Shown in pieces: positions 9,015 through 18,675 of a DNA stretch of 63,639 bases. The stretch is from an uncultured Candidatus Saccharibacteria bacterium (lineage in GTDB: Bacteria > Patescibacteriota > Doudnabacteria > UBA920 > 2-01-FULL-46-14). Positions within the stretch are counted from its first letter, which is position 1. Every line of letters begins with the position of its first letter. Position numbers and translations under genes: made by a program. A model generated the notes under the pieces. The model did no database searches, had not been told where the DNA came from, and worked only from the letters and a program-made list of their open reading frames with translations. The DNA lies in NCBI GenBank assembly GCA_964396685.1, contig CAYNFS010000004.1:1-63639 (forward strand), in the 5' to 3' direction.

Positions 9015-9246
9015 GCCGCCTTGTTTCCACTAGCCCGTTGTCCTTGAGAGCCTGTAGCTGGTGAGAAACGGCCGAAACCGACATATCAAGACTTGAGGCG
9101 ACGTCGCTCACGCAGGCCTCCGGGTACTGAAACAAAACGCAGAAAATCCGAATCCTCGTCGGATCCCCGGCCAAAGCCAAGAGTCTGGCTTTTCCCTCCA
9201 AATCAGGTGATAATTGAAACTTTTTCAAGGTTTGCAGCTGATACAT
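8941..9246 (-). CDS. ArsR/SmtB family transcriptional regulator
   Basis: GDPTRIRI...CVSDVA...SVSAVSHQLQAL...LVETRR.GQ; start MYQLQ. Confidence 0.9.
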   Translation of the reverse strand: MYQLQTLKKFQLSPDLEGKARLLALAGDPTRIRIFCVLFQYPEACVSDVASSLDMSVSAVSHQLQALKDNGLVETRRLGQNICYALKNNDFTRKLKKIICG

Positions 9247-9316
9247 TTTTCTATATTTGAATAATTGAGCAACTATTTGAATACTAGCTGAAAGTAAAAA
9301 TTTGTCAAGCCGAGAC

Positions 9317-9347
9317 AAAACTGCCCCCCTTGAAGAGGGGCAGTTTT
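9317..9347. terminator. bidirectional intrinsic terminator
   Basis: AAAACTGCCCC...GGGGCAGTTTT. Confidence 0.65.
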
Positions 9348-9369
9348 CAATCTTTCTTTGCGCAAGAGC

Positions 9370-10878
9370 CTAGTCTATCGGCGCGCCGCGGACATAATGG
9401 AATCTGCCGCAATCAAGTTCGGCAATATTATCCCAGGAATGGCCGCGGGACAAAAATGCTTCAGCGCTTCGGAAGGGAAACCGCGTGCTGCCAATGACTT
9501 GGAAAACCAAAGGCGAACCGCCGCATTTGAAGAGTGCCCCGCTTGGATGATCCTCGCCATCTTCTACGGGAGGACCGATGGGGATCACTGCCAAATCCTC
9601 ATCAGAAATCTGCTTGACCTGGCCGAAGCGGAAGCCCAAAGCGTGAAACTTTTCAGCCGTGCGGAAGCCGCGCCGCTTCCCCTCATCAGTTATAAACCAG
9701 ACGGTCTTGTCTTTGCCTTTGATCAATGTCCCCGAGGCCGGCAAGACCGGCTTGTCGCTAATCGTAAAGCCTTCCAGAGAATCAAGTACGATGATATTTT
9801 GGAATTTGAGGCCGCGCGCGTGAAATACCGCAGCGCCCCGGAAAGGCTTGAGCCGGCAAGCAGCCGCCAGATAAACTGTTTGATTTTCATTGCCATTAAG
9901 CTTATAAAGCCGGCCGTTGATGAGGCCGTTTCCGCAGTTGGTGGAAGAAGCCCCTTCATCCTCGCCAGGGGAGCTGAAACTTCCGGTGATTGTTTTAGAA
10001 CCGGAAGCTAAATTGCCGGCCAGATCGGTAAGAGTAGAGCCGGAAATCGTTACCGTATCACCCACTGCTACAGATGGAAGCGTATTGGTCGCGGTCGTGG
10101 AAGCGCTCAAAGTAATCGTGAGGATTGTTCCGGCCGTGTTCCAGGAAGCTCCCCCCAAATTGCCGTCCGCGTCCAGAAAGGAATGGCTGTTATTTAGGAC
10201 AAACAGGCTATTCACGTTTCCGGCATTGACCGTTGGTTTGTTTGTCGCCTCCGAAAAGGTCAAATCAATGCTGTCGCCGGCTTCTTTGGCCGCAGAGCCG
10301 CCCGTGTTTTTGGCTACTGCGCTCAAAAGCGTCGGCGCGGTGGTATCGGCGATAAGACTATTCGTGGTGACAGCGGTTGTGGTCGGCGAATTGGCAGAGG
10401 CCGTGATACCATCAGCGGGGAAAGTCACATTAACTTTATCAGGAACAGCACCGCTCCAAGTGGCCGAGGTTGCCAGGCTTACGAAAAACTTGCCGCCTGT
10501 GATGGTATTGTTGACCAAAGTCGCAATAGTGGTGGTTGAGCCCACATTCACCGTGGCTTGCGTGCCGGCCAAGAGATCAGATGTTGAATTAAAACCCCCG
10601 TCGCCCTCATCTTTATAAACCGAGACTGACGCAAAATCCGTTCCTGTCGCCGTGCTGGTTGCGACGTTATTGATTATTACTTTAATTGACGACAAAGTCT
10701 CGCCCGCGTCCTGGCTTAAGGTCAAAGAAAAAAGCCCAACTTGAGGACTAGAAGCTTTGACCAAGACCGGGTCGGGAACCAGCGAAGTTGGGCCGGCATT
10801 GACCGTTACAGTCGCTTGGACCGGCAAAAAAGAAAGAAAAATGCCAAGTATGGAAATTATGGCAATTTGTTGTTTCAT
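9370..10878 (-). CDS. secreted Ser/Thr-rich Ig-like surface protein with C-terminal repeats
   Basis: signal peptide; beta-rich T/S/A-rich body; three 'G.L.K......V..I.....R.F.....F...G' repeats. Confidence 0.75.
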   Translation of the reverse strand: MKQQIAIISILGIFLSFLPVQATVTVNAGPTSLVPDPVLVKASSPQVGLFSLTLSQDAGETLSSIKVIINNVATSTATGTDFASVSVYKDEGDGGFNSTSDLLAGTQATVNVGSTTTIATLVNNTITGGKFFVSLATSATWSGAVPDKVNVTFPADGITASANSPTTTAVTTNSLIADTTAPTLLSAVAKNTGGSAAKEAGDSIDLTFSEATNKPTVNAGNVNSLFVLNNSHSFLDADGNLGGASWNTAGTILTITLSASTTATNTLPSVAVGDTVTISGSTLTDLAGNLASGSKTITGSFSSPGEDEGASSTNCGNGLINGRLYKLNGNENQTVYLAAACRLKPFRGAAVFHARGLKFQNIIVLDSLEGFTISDKPVLPASGTLIKGKDKTVWFITDEGKRRGFRTAEKFHALGFRFGQVKQISDEDLAVIPIGPPVEDGEDHPSGALFKCGGSPLVFQVIGSTRFPFRSAEAFLSRGHSWDNIAELDCGRFHYVRGAPID

Positions 10879-11007
10879 AAGCTTATTTTATGAAATTAAG
10901 AATAAATGGAGGCTTTTTGGCCTCTTTAATTATATTGACTTAAATATACACAAAAAATTACAGCTTCGCAATTGGACAGCAAATATATCATCTGTTAACC
11001 TAATTTC

Positions 11008-13782
11008 ATGCCCACCTCCCGTCTAAAACTCTTGCTGGCCACTCTAATAATTCTGGGCGGTTTTTTGTTTATCGCCGTGGGAGAAGCTAAGGCTGATACC
11101 AGAATCAACGGCCTGCTTTACACTGATGAGACCTGGACACTTCCCGGCAGCCCCTATATCATCGAATACTCCCAATCTGCCGTGGGGCTGGTCTGCGGTG
11201 TGACTTTGATCATTGAGCCTGGGGTGGTTGTCAAGTTTGAAGACAATGCCCAGTTTGGCGGCTGCGGGAAAATCATTGCTTCCGGTACCGCCCAAGAGCC
11301 AATCATTTTTACGGCCATATCTGATGATACCGCAGGCGGGGACACTAACGAGGACGGAAATGACACGGTGCCAACTAGGGGTTCTTGGTACCGCCTTGAT
11401 CTTTCAAGCAGTGAGAGCCGCCTTGACTTTGTGGAAACCCGCTACGGCAATAGATGTGTGAGCGCCTCTGGCTCCCAATCCATCACCAACAGCAAAATCA
11501 GCCATTGCGCCTACGGAATCAGCACCGGTGTCAATTACAGCGGGGTTATTGAGAACAACCAGATCAGCGAAAATGACATCGGATTGGATATTTTGGCTTC
11601 AAACAATGCCAGCTACCAGGGCAATCAAATCTTTGCCAACACCTCCTACGGGATTCACATGGTCGCCAATCCCGGCTACCTCATCACCCTCAAAAACAAC
11701 GACATCCACGACAATCCTTATGGTGTTGTTTTAGACAGCTATCCGGATGCCCTCTTTGAGCAAAACAACATCCATAACAATCTCTACTATGGCGTGCTCA
11801 ACGAGCGTCCCTCAACGCCCTTTTACGCCCCACACAACTGGTGGGGACACTCTTCAGGCCCCACTCATTCGTCCAATCCCAATGGCCAGGGCGACCGGAT
11901 AAGCGACGGGGTCAGCTTTTATCCCTGGCTCGGGGAGAGGGTCGGGGAGGATAAGCATGATCCGGTGATAATAACTCATGGAATCCTCGGCTCACAACTC
12001 AAAAATGGGGAATACGTTATTGACCCGGTATTTCATGTTTATGACGATTTAATAGATACGTTTAAGGCCAATGGCTACCAAGAAGGGAAAAATCTTTTTG
12101 TTTTTGCCTATAACTGGCGGCAATCTAACGAGATAAGCGCTGTTCAACTCAAAATAAAAATCAGAGAGGTTCTCAATATCTGTGAATGCTCCAAAGTTGA
12201 TTTAGTGGCACATTCGATGGGGGGCCTTGTAGCAAGATCATACATCCAATCTCCAGGGTACGAAAACAACATAGATCAGATGATATTTTTAGGCACGCCA
12301 CATTTAGGGGCACCAAATGCATATCTAGGCTGGGAAGGCGGCGAAGTAGCACCAAGCATATTCGATTTTGCAGTAAAATATGTATTGAATAGGGAAGCTA
12401 GGAAACAAGGTTTTGACAATATATTCGACTATGTAAGGAATAAACCAATAAGCTCAGTACGGGAGCTATTACCCATCTATAATTATTTGAAAGAGGACAG
12501 TGCTGGAGTTGTGCGGATATATCCTGAGAATTATCCTACAAATGAATTTTTGGAGGATCTGAATAGTAGTCTATCTCGGTTATTACATTCTGGCGTGACC
12601 ATCACAAATATTGTTAGTGATTTAGGACCATCAAGTACAAGCCGTTACTTGCGGGTAGTTGATTCAACTAATCTTCCTCTCTGGGAACATGGTTACCCAG
12701 AGGGATTCTATGAAAAGCTTGGCGACAGAGGCCTAGAAAAAGGGGAGGGGGACGGTACAGTACCTTTTGGCAGTGCCAGCATTATAATTGAGGATTTAAA
12801 TGTCTTAAATGGGATAGAACATAGTGCATTACCGACAAAAGCTTCGGGTTTAATTTTTGAAAAACTGACCGGAAGAATATTAAGTGATGATGAGATTATT
12901 GATAGATTCAGATTTCCAAACATCATGCTAATTATTAAAATGTTATCTCCCGCAGATATGCTCATTATTGCCCCCGACGGCAAAAGAATCGGAAAGGATT
13001 TCCAAACAGGCGAAGAATACGACGAAATCGAAGGCGCCTTTTACTCTGGCTATCTCACCGATGACGAATTTATCACCATCCCCGATCCTCTTAATGGCGA
13101 ATACCAGATCATCACCCAAGGCACAGACAACGGCGGCGAATACACGGTTTCAGTCGGCTACATTACCGAAGACACCCTCATAGAAGAGGATTTTGTCGCT
13201 CAAACCTTGCCCGGTCTAACCGCCGAGATCAATCTGTCTGTTGATAATTCTAATCCTGATCCACTTGAATTGGCCCCAGAGGACACATCTCCTCCGGAAA
13301 TCACAATCAATTCCCCCCAATCCCAGGATTATCTGCGCTCTCAAAGTTTGCCCATTAATGTAAGTATCCAAGATACCGAAACCGGAGTTTACTCATCAGA
13401 AATGAAATTTGATGATACAATGGTAGAGAACAATGAGCTAATTGATTTGTTCTTTGAGAAACTCGGCAATCATAAGCTAAAAGTCTCTGCTTCTGACTTT
13501 GTGGGAAATTCCAGCAGTAAGGAACAAATCTTCAGAATCATCGCCACCATAGACAGCACCATTTCTGATGTCCAAAGAGCCTATGCTCTTGGCTGGATTA
13601 CGAATTCAGACGTAAAAGACAGCCTCATTGCCAAGCTACAGGTAGCCAAGCAGAAAGGCAAGCTTGATAAAACTCTTGCCAAATCATTTCTTAGCCTACT
13701 AGACGCCCAGCGCAACAAAAGTATCAATGAACAAGCTTATCAATTATTGAAAGAAGATGTTAATTGGCTATTGAATAATTAA
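11008..13782 (+). CDS. secreted multidomain protein: parallel beta-helix + lipase-like alpha/beta hydrolase + Ig-like domains
   Basis: signal peptide; Asn-rich 'I.NN.I..N..GI' repeats; HGILG oxyanion motif, AHSMGG nucleophile, GDGTVP and late H. Confidence 0.8.
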   Translation: MPTSRLKLLLATLIILGGFLFIAVGEAKADTRINGLLYTDETWTLPGSPYIIEYSQSAVGLVCGVTLIIEPGVVVKFEDNAQFGGCGKIIASGTAQEPIIFTAISDDTAGGDTNEDGNDTVPTRGSWYRLDLSSSESRLDFVETRYGNRCVSASGSQSITNSKISHCAYGISTGVNYSGVIENNQISENDIGLDILASNNASYQGNQIFANTSYGIHMVANPGYLITLKNNDIHDNPYGVVLDSYPDALFEQNNIHNNLYYGVLNERPSTPFYAPHNWWGHSSGPTHSSNPNGQGDRISDGVSFYPWLGERVGEDKHDPVIITHGILGSQLKNGEYVIDPVFHVYDDLIDTFKANGYQEGKNLFVFAYNWRQSNEISAVQLKIKIREVLNICECSKVDLVAHSMGGLVARSYIQSPGYENNIDQMIFLGTPHLGAPNAYLGWEGGEVAPSIFDFAVKYVLNREARKQGFDNIFDYVRNKPISSVRELLPIYNYLKEDSAGVVRIYPENYPTNEFLEDLNSSLSRLLHSGVTITNIVSDLGPSSTSRYLRVVDSTNLPLWEHGYPEGFYEKLGDRGLEKGEGDGTVPFGSASIIIEDLNVLNGIEHSALPTKASGLIFEKLTGRILSDDEIIDRFRFPNIMLIIKMLSPADMLIIAPDGKRIGKDFQTGEEYDEIEGAFYSGYLTDDEFITIPDPLNGEYQIITQGTDNGGEYTVSVGYITEDTLIEEDFVAQTLPGLTAEINLSVDNSNPDPLELAPEDTSPPEITINSPQSQDYLRSQSLPINVSIQDTETGVYSSEMKFDDTMVENNELIDLFFEKLGNHKLKVSASDFVGNSSSKEQIFRIIATIDSTISDVQRAYALGWITNSDVKDSLIAKLQVAKQKGKLDKTLAKSFLSLLDAQRNKSINEQAYQLLKEDVNWLLNN

Positions 13783-13797
13783 GACAAATACGAAAAT

Positions 13798-14187
13798 ATG
13801 AAATTTTTTAGAAATATTTTTATACTAATCATTATACTAATATTGTCGTACTTCTTCTCCTCCTATTTCGGTGTATTATTTGATAAATTCTATAAAATCA
13901 CAGAGGAGGGCTTTTTCTCAGTTCCTAGAGAAACAAGCATGTTGCTTATAGGATTCATTTTATCGTATATATTTTTTTCCATTCTGCTTTTCACACTTTT
14001 CGGCGGAGCAAAAAAATACTGGTGGATAGGAATTCTTTTGATCCCAGCCGCGGCTTTTGAATTATCCCTTGACGCCAAGCATATCTATTTCCCCCTCGTC
14101 CTCGCTCTCCTCGGCTGGCTGATTGGCCTCGCCATTCTAAAAATCTACCAGTTTGCCAAAAAGCGTTCATTCGTCCGAAGCCCCTGA
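13798..14187 (+). CDS. small integral membrane protein (~4 TM)
   Basis: 129 aa hydrophobic ORF 15 bp after the lipase-like gene. Confidence 0.7.
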   Translation: MKFFRNIFILIIILILSYFFSSYFGVLFDKFYKITEEGFFSVPRETSMLLIGFILSYIFFSILLFTLFGGAKKYWWIGILLIPAAAFELSLDAKHIYFPLVLALLGWLIGLAILKIYQFAKKRSFVRSP

Positions 14188-14283
14188 CTCTCCTAGCCAA
14201 AGCATTGGAGAATCCTCAATATCTTGATTCCCGTGGGGAGCCGCGGAATATCAACGCGGAGGAGAAGAAACCCAAACAAAATA
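14156..14283. repeat. 128-bp direct repeat, copy 1 (upstream of R-M cassette 1)
   Basis: matches 16323-16450 with 4 substitutions. Confidence 0.95.
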
Positions 14284-14363
14284 ATCTTTGCTCCCATTCA
14301 TGGAAGTGCTAGAATTAAGGTACACTGAGGAATATAGTTCCCCCAAGCTTACTAAAAATATAC

Positions 14364-15104
14364 ATGCTAGACAGTCTCATCTTAAATAAAAAATCAATAG
14401 AGAGTATCTATAAAACTATCCGTGAATTTCACGAAAAGTACCTTAAACGATATGGAGTAAAGTTGCCGAAACTTTATACCCCAAAAGGAAAATTCACAAA
14501 AGATGCACTCGTACTTGTATACCTTGCATACGACTACCCGAAAACAAGAAAAGTTTCTAAAGAGGAGTTAACAAAATTTGTAAGGAGTTATTATCCTGAC
14601 ACAAATGATGTTCAACAGGCCAGACATTTAGGAGCACAAGCAGGGTGGTGGATAGTTGCTGGTGGCAGAGACAACATTGTTTTAGGCATAAAACGGGGCT
14701 CATACCAACTTTACACCCTCGAGCAGCCCTATCCGGGATTCAAAAAAGGACACAGGATAACAGAGACCAAAAACTGGGAAGAAATAAAGGAAAAATATAA
14801 CTTTCGCTGTGCAACTTGTGGCTCACAAGAAGAGAGGCCGCATTTACATTGGCCAGCCACAAAAACTATTTTACAGAAAGCTCACATGGATCCAAATAAG
14901 CCATTGGTTGCTGGCAACATAATTCCTCAATGCCAAAAGTGCAACAGAGGCGATAGGAATCGATGGATTTATGATGACAAGGGCAGGGTAGTCAGACTCG
15001 CCGACCCACTGGTGATCAAAACCTGTAGCAGAGAAATAAGAAAAAGAGTTTACAGAATTTTATTCGATGAATTTGGAGGAAAGAATCCAAATTCCATAAA
15101 ATGA
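14364..15104 (+). CDS. HNH (His-Me finger) restriction endonuclease
   Basis: CATC...QKAHMDP...NIIPQCQKCNR; adjacent to a DNA methyltransferase. Confidence 0.7.
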   Translation: MLDSLILNKKSIESIYKTIREFHEKYLKRYGVKLPKLYTPKGKFTKDALVLVYLAYDYPKTRKVSKEELTKFVRSYYPDTNDVQQARHLGAQAGWWIVAGGRDNIVLGIKRGSYQLYTLEQPYPGFKKGHRITETKNWEEIKEKYNFRCATCGSQEERPHLHWPATKTILQKAHMDPNKPLVAGNIIPQCQKCNRGDRNRWIYDDKGRVVRLADPLVIKTCSREIRKRVYRILFDEFGGKNPNSIK

Positions 15105-15107
15105 TAT

Positions 15108-16091
15108 ATGAAGAATAATGAGTTTATAAATAAAATTATTTGTGACGACAGTCTTAAATTTCTTCCCAGACTGGAAGACAATTCAATTGACGTTGTCTTA
15201 ACGGATCCTCCTTATTTTTTGGATAAGCTTGATAATAACTGGGATTATGAAGAAGTTTCCAGTGATAGCAATCAGTACACAATAAAGTCTCTCCCGGCCG
15301 GAATGAAATTCGATAGAGAACAAGGAAAAAGATTTTACGATTGGTATTTTGATATTTCCAAAGAAATGTTTAGGACACTAAAGCCCGGAGGATTCTTCTT
15401 TTCTTTTTCTAGTCCCCGACTATATCACCGAATGGCTTCTGCCATAGATGACGCTGGTTTTGAAATTAGAGATGCCTTCATATGGCTCTATACCCAAAAC
15501 CAAGCCAAAGCAATGGGCATAGACCACTTTATCAGAAAAATGGAGGCAGATGAAGAAATGAAAAAGAAAATCAAGGCAAAACTTAACGGCTGGAAAACTC
15601 CACAAATTAAATCCTGTTTTGAACCGATAGCAATGGCGCAAAAACCAGCCGACAAAACTTATCTCAATAATATGTTGAAATACGGAGTTGGATTGATGAA
15701 CACAAATGTAAAAATCGGAAATAATATGTATCCGGCTAATGTGTTTACTGTAGATAACATCAATAAACTTATTGACAAAACTTTTTTATTGCCGAAACCG
15801 ACCAAAAGAGAAAAAGGAGAATACAATGACCACAAAACAGTAAAGCCATTAGCTGTTTGCGAATACTTGATCAAGTTATCTGCTTTCTCGAAAAATGCCG
15901 TTATACTTGATCCTTTTGTGGGGAGTGGAACAACGGCAGTGGCCGCAAAAAAGTTAGGAAAAAATTATATTGGAATTGATTCAAACGAAAAATACGTAAA
16001 AATTGCCGAAAGGCGACTCCAAGAATTAGAGGCAAAACCTAAATTATTTGGGGAAAAGAAAAGTGCACAATTGGAGCTGCAGGTAGTGTAG
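15108..16091 (+). CDS. beta-class N4/N6 DNA methyltransferase
   Basis: DPPY before H.T.KP and DPFVGSGTT. Confidence 0.92.
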   Translation: MKNNEFINKIICDDSLKFLPRLEDNSIDVVLTDPPYFLDKLDNNWDYEEVSSDSNQYTIKSLPAGMKFDREQGKRFYDWYFDISKEMFRTLKPGGFFFSFSSPRLYHRMASAIDDAGFEIRDAFIWLYTQNQAKAMGIDHFIRKMEADEEMKKKIKAKLNGWKTPQIKSCFEPIAMAQKPADKTYLNNMLKYGVGLMNTNVKIGNNMYPANVFTVDNINKLIDKTFLLPKPTKREKGEYNDHKTVKPLAVCEYLIKLSAFSKNAVILDPFVGSGTTAVAAKKLGKNYIGIDSNEKYVKIAERRLQELEAKPKLFGEKKSAQLELQVV

Positions 16092-16169
16092 AAACAACTT
16101 ACGACCAAAAAAATCATTATAGTCTCGCATGATCTTCCAGCACACGGCATAATAGACTATGGTTAACTA

Positions 16170-16367
16170 ATGACAATTTACCTCATTACCCACACGGAAA
16201 CCTATTACAATCGCAATCCTCGCTCTTCTCGGCTGGCTGATTGGCTGGGGGATTTTAAAGATCTACCACCCCGCCAAAAAATGAACCACCTCACAGTGAG
16301 CCGACGAAGCATCGGAGGCTTTCCAAAAAGCGTTCATTCGTCCGAAGCCCCCGACTCTCCTAGCTAA
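16170..16367 (+). pseudogene. chimeric remnant: 5' end of a histidine phosphatase gene fused to the 3' end of a membrane-protein paralog
   Basis: 16170-16214 encodes MTIYLITHTETYYNR as at 18676; from 16218 onward resembles 14100 onward. Confidence 0.85.
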
Positions 16368-16450
16368 AGCATTGGAGAATCCTCAATATCTTGATTCCCG
16401 TGGGGAGCCGCGGAATATCAATGCGGAGGAGAAGAAACCCAAACGAAATA
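16323..16450. repeat. 128-bp direct repeat, copy 2 (upstream of R-M cassette 2)
   Basis: matches 14156-14283. Confidence 0.95.
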
Positions 16451-16520
16451 GTTTGGCGGGGCGGCAATGTGGATAATCAAGATTGACAATGGGTGAACAA
16501 GCGTTTACCATAAAAGTAAT

Positions 16521-17708
16521 ATGCGAGACATGCAACTCTTGGGAATAAAAGAAAAAAAACAACAATTTGGCCAGTTTTTCACCACTAATTCTGATTATAT
16601 CCTTCAAGGCTTGGAGAAGTATGTAAGGAATAAAGATATTACTGATCCATTCGTCGGTGGGGGCGACCTTTTGGATTGGGCAAAAAGAAATGGGGCCGCG
16701 ACAATAAAGGGATATGATATTGACAGTAAATGCGTAGACAATAAAACAATTTTTTGGAACGACAGTTTGCTAAATCCAAAAAGTTATGATTTTGTTTTAA
16801 CCAACCCTCCTTATCTGAATGTTAACAAGGGTAAGGATGAAATTAAGAAAAAATATTTTCGAAAAACTGGTTTAGAAGATTTATACCAAATTTCTCTGCG
16901 GGCGATAAAAGGTAGCGAAGAAGGAATAGCAATAGTTCCGATCAATTTCCTATCGGCGCAAAATTCCGAAAAGATCAGGAGAGAATTTTTCGCAAAATTT
17001 GAGATAATCGAGATGAATTATTTCAAACAGCGGGTATTTTCCGATACGACCTACAACGTAATTGCGTTTTATTACCGAAAAAGAAAAGATCTCTTAAAAC
17101 CAGAATCTGTTTTTGTTATCAAAACCAATATTTTCCCAGACAATAAAAAAATTGATATTGAGCTTTCACAGCGTTTAGGCTGGCTTATTGGTGGGGACTT
17201 TGTATCTAAAATAGACGAACAAGACAACAGATTAAAAATCCGCAGGCTTACAGAGGAGGATATGATTGAAAACCGCGGAAATATAGAGATAGAGGCTGCC
17301 TACAATCATACTGATACAAAGAGAAGTTGGAAAATCTCAGAAGAATTTTGTGAAAAGATTAACTCTAACATTATTTTGCTCAAAGCCATAGACAGCGGTT
17401 CTGAAAGCGGAAAAATAGCACTAGAGGACATTCGTGATTATGGTGTCGGATGCCTGGTGAGTAAATCTACTTCCAGACATATGATCTATTTGATTTTTGA
17501 AAATAATATATCGGTATTTGCGCAAAAGAAGTTAATCAGACTTTTTAATGAACGAATGGAATATTTGCGTCATAAATATATGTCCTTATTTCTGACGAAT
17601 TACCGAGATAAAGACAGAAAAAGGATTTCTTTCGATTTTGCGTATAAGTTGCTTAATCACCTTTATTTTACTGAAATATCTAAAAATAAAAGCAATACTC
17701 TTTTTTGA
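16521..17708 (+). CDS. gamma-class N6-adenine DNA methyltransferase
   Basis: GQFFT, DPFVGGG (motif I), NPPY (motif IV). Confidence 0.88.
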   Translation: MRDMQLLGIKEKKQQFGQFFTTNSDYILQGLEKYVRNKDITDPFVGGGDLLDWAKRNGAATIKGYDIDSKCVDNKTIFWNDSLLNPKSYDFVLTNPPYLNVNKGKDEIKKKYFRKTGLEDLYQISLRAIKGSEEGIAIVPINFLSAQNSEKIRREFFAKFEIIEMNYFKQRVFSDTTYNVIAFYYRKRKDLLKPESVFVIKTNIFPDNKKIDIELSQRLGWLIGGDFVSKIDEQDNRLKIRRLTEEDMIENRGNIEIEAAYNHTDTKRSWKISEEFCEKINSNIILLKAIDSGSESGKIALEDIRDYGVGCLVSKSTSRHMIYLIFENNISVFAQKKLIRLFNERMEYLRHKYMSLFLTNYRDKDRKRISFDFAYKLLNHLYFTEISKNKSNTLF

Positions 17709-17713
17709 GATAA

Positions 17714-18649
17714 ATGACAAATTTAGAGTTGCTGGAATTTTGCAAAAAACACCCGGAGCCGGTTCTAGACAGGCACTATATGTTTATCGAGAAAGATAAG
17801 AACCTTAGCAAATATGTAAGTCAGACTAAGGAAATAAAAAATACCTTAATTTCCATAAAGAAAATCACTGGTAAGAGAAATGCGGGCAGAGTTTTAAATG
17901 ACCTATATGGCGATTTAGCCAGCTTACTGAACAAATATTCGATTTTTTCGGAGTTTGGCTGTTTCGTTAACGCCGCTGATTCCAGCTTAAAATATGTAAG
18001 AAGTGATCTCGAACTTTTGAAAGAAGTAACTCTTTTATATTTGTCAAAAAGAGAACTGAACGAAATCGTACCCGCAGAGTGGGTACAGGCACTGATTGAC
18101 AAAAATTCCTCTAGAAAGAAAGGTCAAGCAGGGGAAGAAAAGCTCCTTAGGGCTCTGAGCTCGTTGAAATACAAGTATACGGAAAATTATAACGAATTTA
18201 TGAGAAATAGGAGAAGTGTTTCCCGATTCAAAAGAGATTTTACTTTGAAAAAGATCGAGCAGAATTTAAAAATCTCAATCGGTAAACAAACACAAGAGAA
18301 GAAGCTTGATCTCTGTATAAAAAAAGATAAAAATATTTATTTCCTGGAAGCCAAGCATATCAGTAATAGCGGCGGCGCTCAAAACAAGCAGATGCTTGAA
18401 CTAATCGAAATTATAAGAGAGAATCCCAAATACAAGCGCTATCATTTTGTTTCTTTTTTGGACGGCGTCTATTTTAATATCCTTTGGAAACCAGAGAAAG
18501 CGAAACTGCTAGAAAAGGCTGATGAGAGATCCGTAAAGAAAACATTAAATAAAATTGAGAGCCAAACAAGGGATATTGTCCAAGCATTGAAAAATAATCC
18601 AGGCAATTATTTTATAAACACAGCCGGTTTTTCCAAGCTGTTTTCATGA
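17714..18649 (+). CDS. type II restriction endonuclease-like protein (PD-(D/E)xK)
   Basis: KKLD...LEAK...GG.QNKQ; follows a methyltransferase. Confidence 0.7.
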   Translation: MTNLELLEFCKKHPEPVLDRHYMFIEKDKNLSKYVSQTKEIKNTLISIKKITGKRNAGRVLNDLYGDLASLLNKYSIFSEFGCFVNAADSSLKYVRSDLELLKEVTLLYLSKRELNEIVPAEWVQALIDKNSSRKKGQAGEEKLLRALSSLKYKYTENYNEFMRNRRSVSRFKRDFTLKKIEQNLKISIGKQTQEKKLDLCIKKDKNIYFLEAKHISNSGGAQNKQMLELIEIIRENPKYKRYHFVSFLDGVYFNILWKPEKAKLLEKADERSVKKTLNKIESQTRDIVQALKNNPGNYFINTAGFSKLFS

Positions 18650-18675
18650 TATCTGATGAAGACAAAAATCAGGTA

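Noticed and set aside
9358-10618. Long + strand ORFs (9358-10011, 9917-10618) and similar antisense ORFs over ychF, comM, recA, ftsK, glnA and the SLT gene
   Set aside because: Shadow frames of well-supported genes on the opposite strand; no recognisable motifs.
14156-16450. Integron interpretation of the R-M cassettes
   Set aside because: No attC core sites (RYYYAAC...GTTRRRY) bound the hairpins, and there is no IntI gene in the window.
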